DNA of 64,000 nt from Candidatus Omnitrophota bacterium (GCA_041650835.1 JBAZKL010000004.1:230900-294899); one strand, 5' to 3'; counted from the first letter of the stretch, positions 39,064 through 50,114 are shown. Program-made: numbers and translations. Notes: generated by a model from the letters alone, not told the origin.

Positions 39064-40389
39064 TTAATCCGCGCCTTCCCCGTCATGGTGTAACTCTGAG
39101 CTTTGTTTATGCTTACGAACGATGACACGCTTCAAGGTCACATATTTATCGACCAATGATTTATTATTGACGGCATTAAGCTGTTTGAAGAGAAAATCAA
39201 ACCTGTTCTCGATCTCTCCTGCGATCGCGTCCCGGATATCTTGAGGCAACCCCATGATATCTTTCTTAAACGGCCCTAATGCTTTCTTACGGCTGGTGTA
39301 AAAGAATTGTTCATCCGTCTGGCCTTCTTTTCTTTCTGAAGCGGCGTTTACTTTAAGCCATTCATAAATCTTGTCTTTTAGTTCTTTCGGAAAATGTTTG
39401 CTGTCATAGATCATATTCTGGAATTCAGTGGCTAAATGGACCTCAGCGGCATCGCATTCCGCGAATTTATGGAACGCTTCCGAAGGCAACGTCGAGGCGC
39501 CATGCTGGACAGCCCCTGCCATGCCGAATTCCCCGCGCGCCAGCTCAGAAAGAGTTTTAAGCGTGTCAAAATCAAGTTTGACCTGGGCGATAGTACCGTC
39601 GGGTAAGACGACGCCGCCGTGAGAAGTACCGGTTTGAATGGAGATCTTACTGATCCCGGTCAAACCTTTGCGCAAACGTTCGCTATATCCATTCATGAAC
39701 GCGCGCAGGTCCTCGGGAGTGGAATTCTTATGGCCTACTTCCCCGATCTCCCCGCCCACAGAAACCGTGATCCCCTTAGGTTCTATGCGGCGGATAAACT
39801 GCGTCAATTGAGCGCAAACCGCGTAATTATAATACTGCTGCTTCTTAACATCGGCTTTTGAAAGATCAACCACGGTGGATGAGTCGATATCGATATTATA
39901 AAATCCGGCGCCTATCGCGTCCGTGATCAAAGCCTGAAGGCCTTCAACTTCTTTTTCCTGGTCCTCCTGGAACTTCTTGGCGTTGACCTGAAAATGGTCG
40001 CCCTGGACAAATACCGGCCCGCTATACCCTTCTTTAATCGCCGCCGCCAAAATGACCGCTGAATATTCTACCGGGGGCTGCGCGGTATAGCCCATTTCTG
40101 ACTTGGCGATCTCAAAAATAAACGCTCCCGCGTTATTCTTTTTTGCCACCCTGAACATCGCCCGCGCCAGGTCATAGGTCATGCTGCGCAAATTAAACGC
40201 CGGGACGGTAAACCCCTTCATTTCGCCTTTACCGCGCGCCGCGTAAAATTCATGGATACTCGAAAGATATATCCCTTTCTTATACGCAAGGTCGGATATT
40301 TTCTTTGCGACAACACGCTTATGCGCCATGTCGTCGTTTGTGATAAGGCCCATTACAATCGTATCGATATTCACCGGTTTTCTTCCCAT
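39064..40389 (-). CDS. Class II (zinc) fructose/ketose-bisphosphate aldolase family protein, long form.
   Basis: Class II aldolase His motifs (GDHF, GGEIGEVG, TSHGG); 441 aa is longer than the canonical FbaA. Confidence 0.6.
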   Translation of the reverse strand: MGRKPVNIDTIVMGLITNDDMAHKRVVAKKISDLAYKKGIYLSSIHEFYAARGKGEMKGFTVPAFNLRSMTYDLARAMFRVAKKNNAGAFIFEIAKSEMGYTAQPPVEYSAVILAAAIKEGYSGPVFVQGDHFQVNAKKFQEDQEKEVEGLQALITDAIGAGFYNIDIDSSTVVDLSKADVKKQQYYNYAVCAQLTQFIRRIEPKGITVSVGGEIGEVGHKNSTPEDLRAFMNGYSERLRKGLTGISKISIQTGTSHGGVVLPDGTIAQVKLDFDTLKTLSELARGEFGMAGAVQHGASTLPSEAFHKFAECDAAEVHLATEFQNMIYDSKHFPKELKDKIYEWLKVNAASERKEGQTDEQFFYTSRKKALGPFKKDIMGLPQDIRDAIAGEIENRFDFLFKQLNAVNNKSLVDKYVTLKRVIVRKHKQSSELHHDGEGAD

Positions 40390-40464
40390 GCCATCCTCCC
40401 TATTTTAACATTTTTAATTTTTAACATTTTGACCCCAAGCTCTGTCGAGGGGTTTACTTTTGCC

Positions 40465-41442
40465 TTAGGTCAGTACTTTAATTAAATTAACCAGCCGGTT
40501 AACCTTTAAATTCTTCTTAATAACCGCGCGCTTAAAATCAATATCAACGATCTCACCGTTCTTAAAACCAACCGCCTTGTCCTTCTTGCCCTGGACTAAC
40601 GCGTCGACCGCGGCTTTCCCCAGGATAAGCGCCAGCGCCCTGCTGTAGGCGGTAGGGCGCCCACCCCGCTGGATATGGCCCAGGACAACCGCCCGCGCCT
40701 CAAGGCTCGTCAACCGGTTTATCTGCTTTGCTATATCAGGGGCGGAACCGGCCCCTTCAGCGACAACAATGATCCAACTGATCTTCCCCCGCAAATTCCC
40801 TTCAACGATCTCATGACAGATCTTTTCAAGATCAAATTTCCGTTCAGGGATCAATACCCCTTCACAACCGCCCGCCAAGGCGACTTGGAGCGCGATGAAA
40901 CCCGACCCCCTGCCCATGACCTCGACGACAAATACCCGTTCCATGGAAGTAGCCGTATCACGGATATTATCAATCGCCAAAAGCGCGGTATTGACCGCCG
41001 TATCAGAACCGATCGTCACATCAATGCCGTTAATATCGTTATCTATGGAAGCCGGCACCCCGATACAAGGCACTTTATATTTTTTATAAAAACTGTGCGC
41101 TCCGGTAAATGAACCATTGCCGCCAATAACAATGAAACCGTCTATCGCGTGTTTTTGAATAGTCTCATACGCCCGCTTCTGTCCGGCGGAAGTATGGAAT
41201 TCGGGGCAGCGGGCGGTCTTTAAGACCGTGCCGCCTAAATTAATGATCCCGGATACCGAACGATGATCCATCGCTTTAACATCATCATAGATCAACCCTA
41301 AATAGCCGCGAGAAACCCCGACTACTTCCAGATCCTTATTGATCGCGCTGCGCACCACGCTGCGGATCGCCGCGTTCATGCCGGGAGCGTCTCCTCCGGT
41401 AGTCAGGACTGCGATCTTTTTTATCGGCATAACATTCTCCAA
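40465..41442 (-). CDS. pfkA: ATP-dependent 6-phosphofructokinase.
   Basis: TTGGDAPGMNAAIR and GGDGS motifs. Confidence 0.85.
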   Translation of the reverse strand: MENVMPIKKIAVLTTGGDAPGMNAAIRSVVRSAINKDLEVVGVSRGYLGLIYDDVKAMDHRSVSGIINLGGTVLKTARCPEFHTSAGQKRAYETIQKHAIDGFIVIGGNGSFTGAHSFYKKYKVPCIGVPASIDNDINGIDVTIGSDTAVNTALLAIDNIRDTATSMERVFVVEVMGRGSGFIALQVALAGGCEGVLIPERKFDLEKICHEIVEGNLRGKISWIIVVAEGAGSAPDIAKQINRLTSLEARAVVLGHIQRGGRPTAYSRALALILGKAAVDALVQGKKDKAVGFKNGEIVDIDFKRAVIKKNLKVNRLVNLIKVLT

Positions 41443-41470
41443 GGAAAAAAAACATTACCCAACGATCCGT

Positions 41471-43162
41471 CTATAATCCATCGACCTGCATATCGCGCGG
41501 ATGCTCGACGATATAATTCAATATTATTTCTTTCTTGGCTTTCGGCTCTAATTCCAACTCCCAGAGCCAGACGCCTTTTCTATCCTGCCAGTTCTTTTCT
41601 TTCGGCTCTAAGGATACCTGCCCGAGCTTGACCTTGATGCGGTCATCTTCCGAGACAGGCATCGCATCAAATAATTTCACTTTTATCTTTTTCGACTTAT
41701 AACTCTCGACGGTCAGCTTATATTTGAACGCGGTCTTACGCGTCGGCGAAGGGATCCCGCCGATAATGGTCTCATCAACCTTCTTCTCGACCTGCTCGCG
41801 CTTTACCTTAACATTCTCATCCACGCCCAAATACAGGTCGAATTCTTCCTGCGGAGCGGTGTTGCCCAAATTGGAAATCCCCACAAAATCACCGTCTAAA
41901 AAAATATTCACCCTGCCGGGGAGAAGCTGCAGGTCTTTGGCGTTGGTGACCCGGCTGCCCAGATAAGCCGCCGGATTAATACGCGGATAGGTGGAATATT
42001 CAAAATCGGCCTTTAACATCTGAGTTGAAACCGCCAGTTTATGGTCTGAACCGTCGGACTTGATACTGGCTTTCCGGGGCAGCGTATAAACTATTGCCAC
42101 TCCTTTTTCTTCCGCGACGGCATAAGCGGCTTCAGCCTTCTTTTTATCCGACCCCGCGACCCCGCCGCTGTTTTCAGCTAATTCCTCATCGCTTTCAAAG
42201 GCACGGGATTGCATCGAAGGTGCCACCGCATCCATCATTTTGGAGCGCCTTTCAAAATGCACCTGCAACGGCCGCAATATCCAGGGGCTTACATACGGGA
42301 GGTTTCCGCCTATTGCCGGCCTTGCCGTTGATAAGGCAATATCGACATCCTGCCAGTCTTCACCCGAACTCTGCCTAAGGATCCCGAACGACACTAACTC
42401 TACTTCCGAGCCCTGAAAGTTCGCCCGGGCATCGTAGATCGGCTGCCAGGAAGCGCCCCCCACCAGGTACGACGCGTTTAAAATGACCTCTCCCTGCTTT
42501 AAGACCTGCAGGTCGACGACGATCGAACGCTTCAATTTCTGCAGTGGCCCTGAGATCTGGACAAGCTCTCTCTTTAAAGCATCACCCCTCAAAGAAAGAT
42601 CCCGCAGCTTGATCTCACAATCCATAACAAAAGAAAAGTTTTCTTTTAACTTTATATCCAGGAACTTCAAGGTATCTTCCAAATCCTTGGCCGCAGGCAT
42701 TTGAGTGACCAGCTCTTTCGGTAATTGCTGATGGGAGAAGAAGCGCAATGAATCCAGGAAACTTTTTTCTTCCTGGAAGACACTTTTCAGGTCAACTAAA
42801 GCCCGCTGCTCATCTTCCAGCTTCTGGATCTCATCCTGCAGTTGTTTTATCTTTTCGGAAGGGGTTTCTTTCAGGAATTCTTTCTTGAGCTGACAGCCTA
42901 ATATCCTGACATCGGCCTTGCCCTCTTCGGTGACCCGCAAGGAATTATCGTCGACGTTGGGAATAATGTTGGGGAATACGACCTTGTATTCACCGGGATC
43001 TAAGGAAAGCTGCGCCTGACGGGTCAACAAGGCCTGTCCCGGATAGATCATCACCCGGGTGATCCGGGAATCCGCCTCAATTTCAGCGGCAAAACCATAG
43101 CCTGCAAAGACAGATACGAGTAAAGCCAGTACAGCCCAAGAAACAACGCGCTCTTTCCTCAT
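41471..43162 (-). CDS. Secreted coiled-coil protein of the DUF4139/DUF4140 (MuiA-like) family.
   Basis: Signal peptide, a central coiled coil and a C-terminal beta-rich domain characteristic of DUF4139. Confidence 0.55.
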   Translation of the reverse strand: MRKERVVSWAVLALLVSVFAGYGFAAEIEADSRITRVMIYPGQALLTRQAQLSLDPGEYKVVFPNIIPNVDDNSLRVTEEGKADVRILGCQLKKEFLKETPSEKIKQLQDEIQKLEDEQRALVDLKSVFQEEKSFLDSLRFFSHQQLPKELVTQMPAAKDLEDTLKFLDIKLKENFSFVMDCEIKLRDLSLRGDALKRELVQISGPLQKLKRSIVVDLQVLKQGEVILNASYLVGGASWQPIYDARANFQGSEVELVSFGILRQSSGEDWQDVDIALSTARPAIGGNLPYVSPWILRPLQVHFERRSKMMDAVAPSMQSRAFESDEELAENSGGVAGSDKKKAEAAYAVAEEKGVAIVYTLPRKASIKSDGSDHKLAVSTQMLKADFEYSTYPRINPAAYLGSRVTNAKDLQLLPGRVNIFLDGDFVGISNLGNTAPQEEFDLYLGVDENVKVKREQVEKKVDETIIGGIPSPTRKTAFKYKLTVESYKSKKIKVKLFDAMPVSEDDRIKVKLGQVSLEPKEKNWQDRKGVWLWELELEPKAKKEIILNYIVEHPRDMQVDGL

Positions 43163-43189
43163 ACCACCTCCCCTTTACATGTCACAGGT

Positions 43190-43300
43190 TGCAAGACACC
43201 TGACTGCCGTCAGGCAGGCATGACACAAGTATCAAAACATAAAAAGTAACTACCTTGTATTATCTTTTACTTGTGTCTTGTGTCTTGTGTCAATTCAATA
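43190..43300. repeat. Composite intergenic repeat: the ctgactgccgtcaggcagg hairpin, a gacacaagt...acttgtgtc stem-loop and (ttgtgtc)x3 tandem repeats.
   Basis: Read directly between ahcY and the DUF4139 gene. Combines the GC hairpin module with the acacaag word family. Confidence 0.5.
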
Positions 43301-43316
43301 TTTACTCACCCCGAGA

Positions 43317-44573
43317 CTACGTCCCCATCTCCCAGCTTGACAAATATTTCTTCTGCTCTTCAGTCAAGGTATCGATCCTTGCCCCCATTGATTTTAATTT
43401 CAACCGGGCGATATTGGTATCGATATCCTGCGGGACCCGATAAACCTTGTTATCCAATTGCTTATAGTTCTTGATGATATATTCAGCGCTGAGCGCCTGG
43501 TTGGCAAAAGACATATCCATGACGCTGGCGGGATGGCCCTCTGCCGCCGCGAGATTAATTAACCGGCCTTCTCCTAAAAGATAGATCCTGCGCCCGTCTT
43601 TAAGCGTATATTCATCGACGAAATCGCGTATCATCCTCTTGCTCTTGGCGAGGCTCTCTAAACCGGGAATATCGATCTCGACGTTAAAATGCCCGGAATT
43701 AGAAACTATCGCCCCGTCTTTCATGGTCTGGAAATGTTCTTTACGGATGACATTAATATCGCCGGTGACCGTCACGAAAATTTCGCCGAGCTTCGCGGCA
43801 TCCTTAATCGGCATGACCTGGAAGCCGTCCATGACAGCTTCAATGGCCTTTAACGCCGAAACTTCCACCACCACGACATTGGCGCCCATGCCTTTGGCGC
43901 GCATAGCAACACCCCTGCCGCACCAGCCGTACCCGCAGACCACAAGCGTGCTGCCGGCTAATAATTTATTGGTAGCGCGGATGATGCCGTCAATGGTAGA
44001 CTGGCCCGTGCCGTAACGATTATCAAAAAAATGCTTGGTTTCCGCGTCATTAACGGCAACGATAGGATAACGCAGCTTTCCTTCTTCCGCCAACGCCCTC
44101 AAACGGATAACGCCGGTTGTCGTTTCCTCGGTGCCGCCGATGATATTGCTGTGCGCGGAGGGGTCACGTTTATGGATAGTGCTGACAAGGTCGGCCCCGT
44201 CATCCATGGTTATCTCAGGTTTGACCGCCAAAGCCGCTTCCATATGTTTATAATACGTTTTTGTATCTTCGCCTTTAATGGAGAACACGGCGATCTTAAG
44301 GTCCTGCGCTAAAGAAGCAGCGACATCATCCTGAGTCGATAACGGGTTAGACGCGCACAGCGTAAGCTGGGCGCCGCCGGTCTTTAGAACTTCCATTAAA
44401 ACAGCAGTTTCGGTGGTCACGTGCAAGCAACAGGCGACCTTTAATCCGGCGAGCGGTTTTTCTTTCTTAAAACGCTCCGCGATAAGTTTTAAAACGGGCA
44501 TATTGTTACGCGCCCATTCAATCCGTAACGCGCCTCTTTTCGCCAACTTCAGATCTTTAACGTCATGTTTCAT
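43317..44573 (-). CDS. ahcY: Adenosylhomocysteinase.
   Basis: SAH hydrolase NAD-binding and catalytic motifs ([12 protein letters not shown]..., GYGWCGRG). Confidence 0.9.
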   Translation of the reverse strand: MKHDVKDLKLAKRGALRIEWARNNMPVLKLIAERFKKEKPLAGLKVACCLHVTTETAVLMEVLKTGGAQLTLCASNPLSTQDDVAASLAQDLKIAVFSIKGEDTKTYYKHMEAALAVKPEITMDDGADLVSTIHKRDPSAHSNIIGGTEETTTGVIRLRALAEEGKLRYPIVAVNDAETKHFFDNRYGTGQSTIDGIIRATNKLLAGSTLVVCGYGWCGRGVAMRAKGMGANVVVVEVSALKAIEAVMDGFQVMPIKDAAKLGEIFVTVTGDINVIRKEHFQTMKDGAIVSNSGHFNVEIDIPGLESLAKSKRMIRDFVDEYTLKDGRRIYLLGEGRLINLAAAEGHPASVMDMSFANQALSAEYIIKNYKQLDNKVYRVPQDIDTNIARLKLKSMGARIDTLTEEQKKYLSSWEMGT

Positions 44574-44605
44574 AATTTCTCCCTTTTAAAGATGATACGG
44601 GTTAA

Positions 44606-44652
44606 TAGTCCACAGTCCATAGTCCATAGTCGATGGACCATGGGCCATGGGC
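44606..44652. repeat. Palindromic gtccatag / ccatgg word element between metK and ahcY.
   Basis: agtccacagtccatagtccatagtcgatggaccatgggccatggg. Confidence 0.45.
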
Positions 44653-44662
44653 TAAAAACTTT

Positions 44663-45841
44663 TTATAACTTCGACGCGTGTTTTTTCAATGCCGCTGATT
44701 TATCCGTCATTTCCCATTTAAACTCAGCTTCACTTCGTCCAAAATGGCCGTAGCAAGCTGTCCTGCGGTATATCGGACGCAACAGCTCGAGCGTCTTAAT
44801 GATCCCGCCGGGAGTAAGGTCGAAATTCTCCCGGATAAGCTTTACGAATTTATCGTCGGAAAGTTTTCCCGTATCAAAGGTATTGACAAAGATCGATAAT
44901 GGATCGGCATAACCGATAACATAGGATAACTGTACCATGAATTTATCGGCCAGGCCTGCGTCAACGATATTCTTGGCGATATACCGGCACATGTAAGCGG
45001 CAGAACGGTCGACCTTGGTCGGATCTTTACCTGAAAACGCTCCGCCTCCATGAGGTACAACACCGCCGTAGGTATCAACGATTATCTTTCTTCCCGTCAT
45101 ACCGGTGTCCGACTGCGGACCGCCGATCACGAATTTCCCCGTCTGATTCACATAATATTTCGTATGCTTATCGATCAACCCGGTCAAACCCGGCTTGGCG
45201 ATCACCTCGATCATCTCCTGGCGCGCCTTATCAGTGATATTCTGGCCTGATTTATCCAGGATATCTTCCGTATGCTGGCAGGCGAGAACGACCGAATCAA
45301 CGCGGACCGGTTTATCGTTCTCATATTCAATAGTGACCTGCGATTTACAATCCGGCCCTAAATATTTTAACGTGCCGTTGCGGCGGACATCAGCCATGCG
45401 TTTTACCAATTTATGCGCCAGTATTATCGGAAGCGGCATAAGCTCCTCGGTCTCACGGCAGGCATAACCGAACATAATGCCCTGGTCTCCGGCTCCGCCG
45501 GCGTTGACCCCTTGCGCGATATCGGGAGACTGGCTGTTTATGGTATTAACAATAGCGCAGGTCTCATAATCAAATCCGTATTTGGGATCGGTGTAACCTA
45601 TTTCCTGGATCACCTTGCGCGCGAGCTTCTGAATATCCACATACGCGTTCGTGGTAATTTCTCCTCCGACGATCAAAAGCCCCATCGTTACATACGTCTC
45701 GCAGGCGACCCTGCTTTTTTCTTTATCTTTATCAGCGGTTAACACCTGGTCTAAAACAGCGTCGGATATCTGGTCGCAAACCTTATCCGGATGGCCTTCC
45801 CCGACCGACTCCGATGTAAAATAATGTTTTTTTATAGCCAT
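44663..45841 (-). CDS. metK: S-adenosylmethionine synthetase. The start is at MAIKKHYF.
   Basis: GEGHPDK, GAGDQG and the remaining MetK motifs. Confidence 0.9.
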   Translation of the reverse strand: MAIKKHYFTSESVGEGHPDKVCDQISDAVLDQVLTADKDKEKSRVACETYVTMGLLIVGGEITTNAYVDIQKLARKVIQEIGYTDPKYGFDYETCAIVNTINSQSPDIAQGVNAGGAGDQGIMFGYACRETEELMPLPIILAHKLVKRMADVRRNGTLKYLGPDCKSQVTIEYENDKPVRVDSVVLACQHTEDILDKSGQNITDKARQEMIEVIAKPGLTGLIDKHTKYYVNQTGKFVIGGPQSDTGMTGRKIIVDTYGGVVPHGGGAFSGKDPTKVDRSAAYMCRYIAKNIVDAGLADKFMVQLSYVIGYADPLSIFVNTFDTGKLSDDKFVKLIRENFDLTPGGIIKTLELLRPIYRRTACYGHFGRSEAEFKWEMTDKSAALKKHASKL

Positions 45842-46133
45842 AGCTGCTCCTTGCAGATACCTTACCTGGCCTTTTTCGCGGGCTGTCAACCTTATTAAAA
45901 AAAGCCGTAAGATCACCTGCGCCTGCCGTTATTATTAAGCAGGGTTGACCCCGACACCGGTAAACACCGGTATCAAGATATTATTATTAAACAAACTTCC
46001 CCGACCCGTGCGATGATACAAATCTTTTCTCAAAACCTCTTTTTCCGGTATTCTGCGTTGGCGAAGCCAAACACATACGGATAAAAACAGCTTCCTCCCG
46101 GGATGAATACCGCGCAAGTCGGCCTGCGCTTGA

Positions 46134-47864
46134 TTATCCCAGGATTTCCCGTAATTTAGACTGGCTGAACTCTTCAACTTCTTTTCCGGTAGACAACTCT
46201 AAAGCACGGCGGGCAATTTCCTGGACTTTCTTAACCGTGATCAACCGAATAATATATTTTATTTCCGGGATCGCCAAAGGCGGCATACTGAACTCATCCA
46301 AGCCTAAACCCAGCAATATCAGCACGGATGCCGGTTCACTGGCCATTTCACCGCACATCCCGACCTTAATATTTGCCGAATGAGAGGCGTCAATAACGTT
46401 CTTGATCAACCGTAAAACAGCAGGATGCATCGGTTCATACAAATACGCCGCTTTTTCGTTGGTCCGGTCCACTGCCAAAGAATACTGGATCAAATCGTTT
46501 GTCCCGATGCTGAAAAAATCAGCTTCAGTCGCCAGGATATCAGCCGTCATTGCCGCCGAAGGAACTTCGATCATAGCCCCTACTTCGATATTCTTGTCAA
46601 AATCTATGCCGTTAGAGCGTAATTCTTCTTTAACTTCTTCTAATATTTTCTTTGCCTGGCGCAGCTCTTCAATACCGGAGATCATCGGATACATGAGCTT
46701 GAGCTTCCCGAACACAGAAGCCCGTAATATCGCCCGCAGCTGCAATTTGAAGACATCAGGCCTGGCAAGGCAGAAACGGATCGCCCGCCAGCCTAAAAAT
46801 GGGCGCATCTCTTTGGGGATCTCGAATTGCGATAAGAATTTATCGCCCCCCAGGTCCAAAGTGCGGATGATGACCGGATGCGGCGCCATATGCTCTGCCA
46901 CATATTTATAAGCCTGAAAATGCTCCTCTTCCAACGGCAGGTCTTTTCTATTCATATAAAAGAACTCGGTGCGATACAGGCCGATCCCCTGGCCGCCGTG
47001 GAGCCTTACCGAAGGGACCTCATCGGGAAACTCTATATTCCCGCTGATCTGTATAGCCCTGCCGTCAAGAGTGACCGCCGGCAGGTCTTTAACGGTATAA
47101 AAACGCTCAACGATGCCTTTTAATTTCTGTTCTTCCTGCTGGTACTCTTTTAACGTTTCTTCATCGGGATTGACGATAACGATCCCCATACTGCCGTCAA
47201 CGATCAACATATCGCCGCTTTTGATCTTGATCATCGCCTCTACCGCGCCGACAACCGCGGGGATCTCAAGGGATTTGGCCATGATAGCGGTATGAGAGGT
47301 CTTACCGCCGATATCGGTGACAAAAGCGCTCACCAACTGCCTATGCATCGCGGCAGTATCCGACGGAGAAAGATCATGGGCGATCACGATCATGCGTTCC
47401 TTCAAATCCTGCAGGCCCTTTTGCTCTTTCCCCAGGAGATTACGCAGGATCCGCTTTCCGACATCATTAACGTCTGCAGCACGCTCTTTGAGGTATTCAT
47501 CTTCTATCTTAGAAAAAACATCGATGTATTTCTTGAGGACTTCGGAAAAAATAAACGCCACATTGACATATTCTTTCTTAAGGCGGGAAATAACCTCTTC
47601 GATGATCATGCGGTCTTCCAGGACAAGAAGATGCGCGTTAAAAATATCGGCTTCCTGCTGGCCGATATCATTAGAAATCTTGGTCTGCAGCCCCATGATC
47701 TCTTTACGGGTCTGTATCAAAGCTTCTTCGAAAAGCTGGATCTGAGCGGGGATCTCTTCCGGAGCTATATTTTGCCTGGTAATGGAAAATTCTTCCTTGC
47801 CTACTTTATAGGCAGGCCCGATACTAATGCCGGAAGCTGCAGGAATACCCTGTAATTTTATCAT
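46134..47864 (-). CDS. ptsI: Phosphoenolpyruvate-protein phosphotransferase (PTS enzyme I).
   Basis: EI N-terminal domain, phosphohistidine domain (GGKTSHTAI) and PEP-utilising C-domain. Confidence 0.85.
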   Translation of the reverse strand: MIKLQGIPAASGISIGPAYKVGKEEFSITRQNIAPEEIPAQIQLFEEALIQTRKEIMGLQTKISNDIGQQEADIFNAHLLVLEDRMIIEEVISRLKKEYVNVAFIFSEVLKKYIDVFSKIEDEYLKERAADVNDVGKRILRNLLGKEQKGLQDLKERMIVIAHDLSPSDTAAMHRQLVSAFVTDIGGKTSHTAIMAKSLEIPAVVGAVEAMIKIKSGDMLIVDGSMGIVIVNPDEETLKEYQQEEQKLKGIVERFYTVKDLPAVTLDGRAIQISGNIEFPDEVPSVRLHGGQGIGLYRTEFFYMNRKDLPLEEEHFQAYKYVAEHMAPHPVIIRTLDLGGDKFLSQFEIPKEMRPFLGWRAIRFCLARPDVFKLQLRAILRASVFGKLKLMYPMISGIEELRQAKKILEEVKEELRSNGIDFDKNIEVGAMIEVPSAAMTADILATEADFFSIGTNDLIQYSLAVDRTNEKAAYLYEPMHPAVLRLIKNVIDASHSANIKVGMCGEMASEPASVLILLGLGLDEFSMPPLAIPEIKYIIRLITVKKVQEIARRALELSTGKEVEEFSQSKLREILG

Positions 47865-48133
47865 TATAGTTTTTCTTCGCTGGAAATGTGTTTTTCTAAT
47901 TCAATAAGCGCAAGCTCCGCGTCTACTCCTTCAGCTTCAAGTTCAATAACGCTTCCCTTTTCAGCCCCCAGCATAAGGATCCCCATGATAGACTTGCCGT
48001 TAACTTTCTCGTTATCGCGGATAACGGTGATCCGGGAATCAAACTTATTGGCAATCTGGACAAAGACTGCCGCAGGGCGGGCATGCAACCCCTGGCTGTT
48101 CTGCACCACGACTTTTTTCCTTATTACCGCCAT
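47864..48133 (-). CDS. ptsH: Phosphocarrier protein HPr.
   Basis: GLHARPA active-site motif (His15) and KS regulatory-site region. Confidence 0.85.
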   Translation of the reverse strand: MAVIRKKVVVQNSQGLHARPAAVFVQIANKFDSRITVIRDNEKVNGKSIMGILMLGAEKGSVIELEAEGVDAELALIELEKHISSEEKL

Positions 48134-48251
48134 AATAATTACCCTCGCGCTCTTTAACTAAAAAACTCACCCGCCTGATACAACTGCTTAAATTCTCCCC
48201 AAGGCTAAGAAATACGCCGCGCGCCTCCCGTCAAGACCGGGCCTACGCGGA

Positions 48252-49514
48252 TCAAAGCTCTTCTTTAAAGTTAAAAATAAACTTCGCTAATTTAACCGGG
48301 TCATGGCGGATCACATCGTTAGTCGCGACGATATCTTCCTCTAATACGCGATAACCCATACTTACTATATTTTTTTTATCGACAACAACCGGATACGCTT
48401 TATCCGCTTCATAGCGCTTCAAAAGCGAAGCGGGGATCTTTCCATTATTAACAAGGCAATAATCAAAGATTTTAGGATGGCTATGCTGTAAAAGCATATT
48501 GATATGGGTTGACGCGGCATAGCCGTCAGTTTCACCGGGCTGAGTCATGACATTGCACACGTATATTTTTGTCGCCTTGGCGCCGGCGATCGCTTCGGTT
48601 ATTTCCCGTATCAAAAGATTAGGGATGATACTGGTGAACAGCGAACCGGGGCCCAAAACAATCATATCCGCTTCTTCAATAGCGCGTATCGCTTCCGGAG
48701 TTGCTTCAGGATATCCGGGCTTCAAGAAGACTTTTTCAATAGGCTTTAAGGCTTTCGGGATCTTAAATTCACCCTCCGTTATAGAACCATCCTTATGCCG
48801 GGCAACAAGCGTGACATTGTTCAACGTAGAAGGAATAACCTGCCCGCGTAATGCCAGGACCTTGCTGGTTTCCTTGATCGCTTTCTCAAAATCTCCGGTC
48901 AAGCGGGTCATGACGGTAATAAAAAGGTTACCGAAATTATGCCCCTGGAGCTCTGAGCCCTCCGCGAAACGGAATTGGAAGAGGTCCTGCATCAAAGTCG
49001 AAGCGTCAGCCAGCGCCACCAGGCAGTTACGGATATCTCCCGGAGGAAGAATATCAAACTGCTGGCGAAGCCTCCCGGAAGACCCTCCGTCGTCAGCGAC
49101 CGTCACAATAGCGGTAATATTAGATGAATATTCTTTCAAACCCGACAAGAGGACGGCAAGGCCGGTACCGCCGCCTACCGTTACGATCTTAGGGCCATGC
49201 CCTAAAAATTTACGCTGGTATAAAACATCCACCAGCTCTCTTTCTTTAAACGTCGGGATAAAAGCGCTTATAAAAGAACGGAGCAGCCGTTTAATCGCTA
49301 AGACCAGAATAAGAATACTGGAAACTACAACAACGATATCTAATGCTTGAATGACCCAGAACTCTTCACTGCGCAAATGGCTTGAACTGATTATCAGTAA
49401 TACTATCCCGAAAGCCCCTAAACCGATCCAACGCTTAATTCCTATTCCCGGATACAACCATTTAATCGCGCTTTTGATCCTCGCAGTCAGCCACTTAAGA
49501 TTAAAGTTTATCAT
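48252..49514 (-). CDS. YvcK/UPF0052 (CofD-like) gluconeogenesis-factor family protein with an N-terminal transmembrane extension.
   Basis: KIVTVGGGTGL...VADDGGSSGRLR signature. Confidence 0.75.
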   Translation of the reverse strand: MINFNLKWLTARIKSAIKWLYPGIGIKRWIGLGAFGIVLLIISSSHLRSEEFWVIQALDIVVVVSSILILVLAIKRLLRSFISAFIPTFKERELVDVLYQRKFLGHGPKIVTVGGGTGLAVLLSGLKEYSSNITAIVTVADDGGSSGRLRQQFDILPPGDIRNCLVALADASTLMQDLFQFRFAEGSELQGHNFGNLFITVMTRLTGDFEKAIKETSKVLALRGQVIPSTLNNVTLVARHKDGSITEGEFKIPKALKPIEKVFLKPGYPEATPEAIRAIEEADMIVLGPGSLFTSIIPNLLIREITEAIAGAKATKIYVCNVMTQPGETDGYAASTHINMLLQHSHPKIFDYCLVNNGKIPASLLKRYEADKAYPVVVDKKNIVSMGYRVLEEDIVATNDVIRHDPVKLAKFIFNFKEEL

Positions 49515-49971
49515 CTTCTTGGGTAATGATCTTTATGATCGCCTTATCGTCGGTACAGGCGCGCAGGCTGTCGCGGAAATATTTATCTTTAAACAGCCGT
49601 GAAATACGGGCCAACGCTTTGAGATGCGGCCCCGCGGAATCCTGGGGAGCGACCAGTAAAAAGAAGATATAGACCGGTTCGCCGTCCAAAGAATCAAAAT
49701 CGACCCCTTTTCTCGAGAGAGAGAACGCCCCCACCAGTTTACTGACCGCGTCTGATTTCGCGTGAGGGATAGCTATCCCCTGCCCGATCGCCGTCGACCC
49801 TAACGATTCGCGCTCCATGAGCGCGTCGACGATCTTGCTGCGGTGGTTTTTCTCGATATCCCCCGCATTGATCAAGGCATCGACAAGTTCGCGCACCACA
49901 TCTTCTTTCTTAGCCGACTTTAAATCGGAAAGAATAGCTTTTTTAGATAAAAAATCCAATATCTTCATCAT
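49501..49971 (-). CDS. ptsN: PTS EIIA-Ntr-type nitrogen regulatory protein.
   Basis: PTS EIIA type-2 domain with the active-site His in GIAIPHAK. Confidence 0.8.
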   Translation of the reverse strand: MMKILDFLSKKAILSDLKSAKKEDVVRELVDALINAGDIEKNHRSKIVDALMERESLGSTAIGQGIAIPHAKSDAVSKLVGAFSLSRKGVDFDSLDGEPVYIFFLLVAPQDSAGPHLKALARISRLFKDKYFRDSLRACTDDKAIIKIITQEDDKL

Positions 49972-50041
49972 TACTCCTTTTGTTTAAAGATCATATCCGT
50001 ATTCAAAAGCAACGGCAGTATGTCGGTACGAAAGAAAAAAA

Positions 50042-50114
50042 AGCGGGAGACGGGGATCGAACCCGCGACAACTACCTTGGCAAGGTAGCGCTCTACCAAC
50101 TGAGCTACTCCCGC
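50042..50114 (-). tRNA. tRNA-Gly (anticodon GCC).
   Basis: GCGGGAG acceptor, anticodon stem CTACC/GGTAG with loop TTGCCAA, T-arm GCGGG-TTCGATC-CCCGT. Confidence 0.8.

Noticed and set aside
45935-46177. 80-aa minus-strand ORF between metK and ptsI.
   Set aside because: It overlaps the ptsI 3' end and lies in the metK leader. It has no RBS and no family; it is more likely regulatory RNA.
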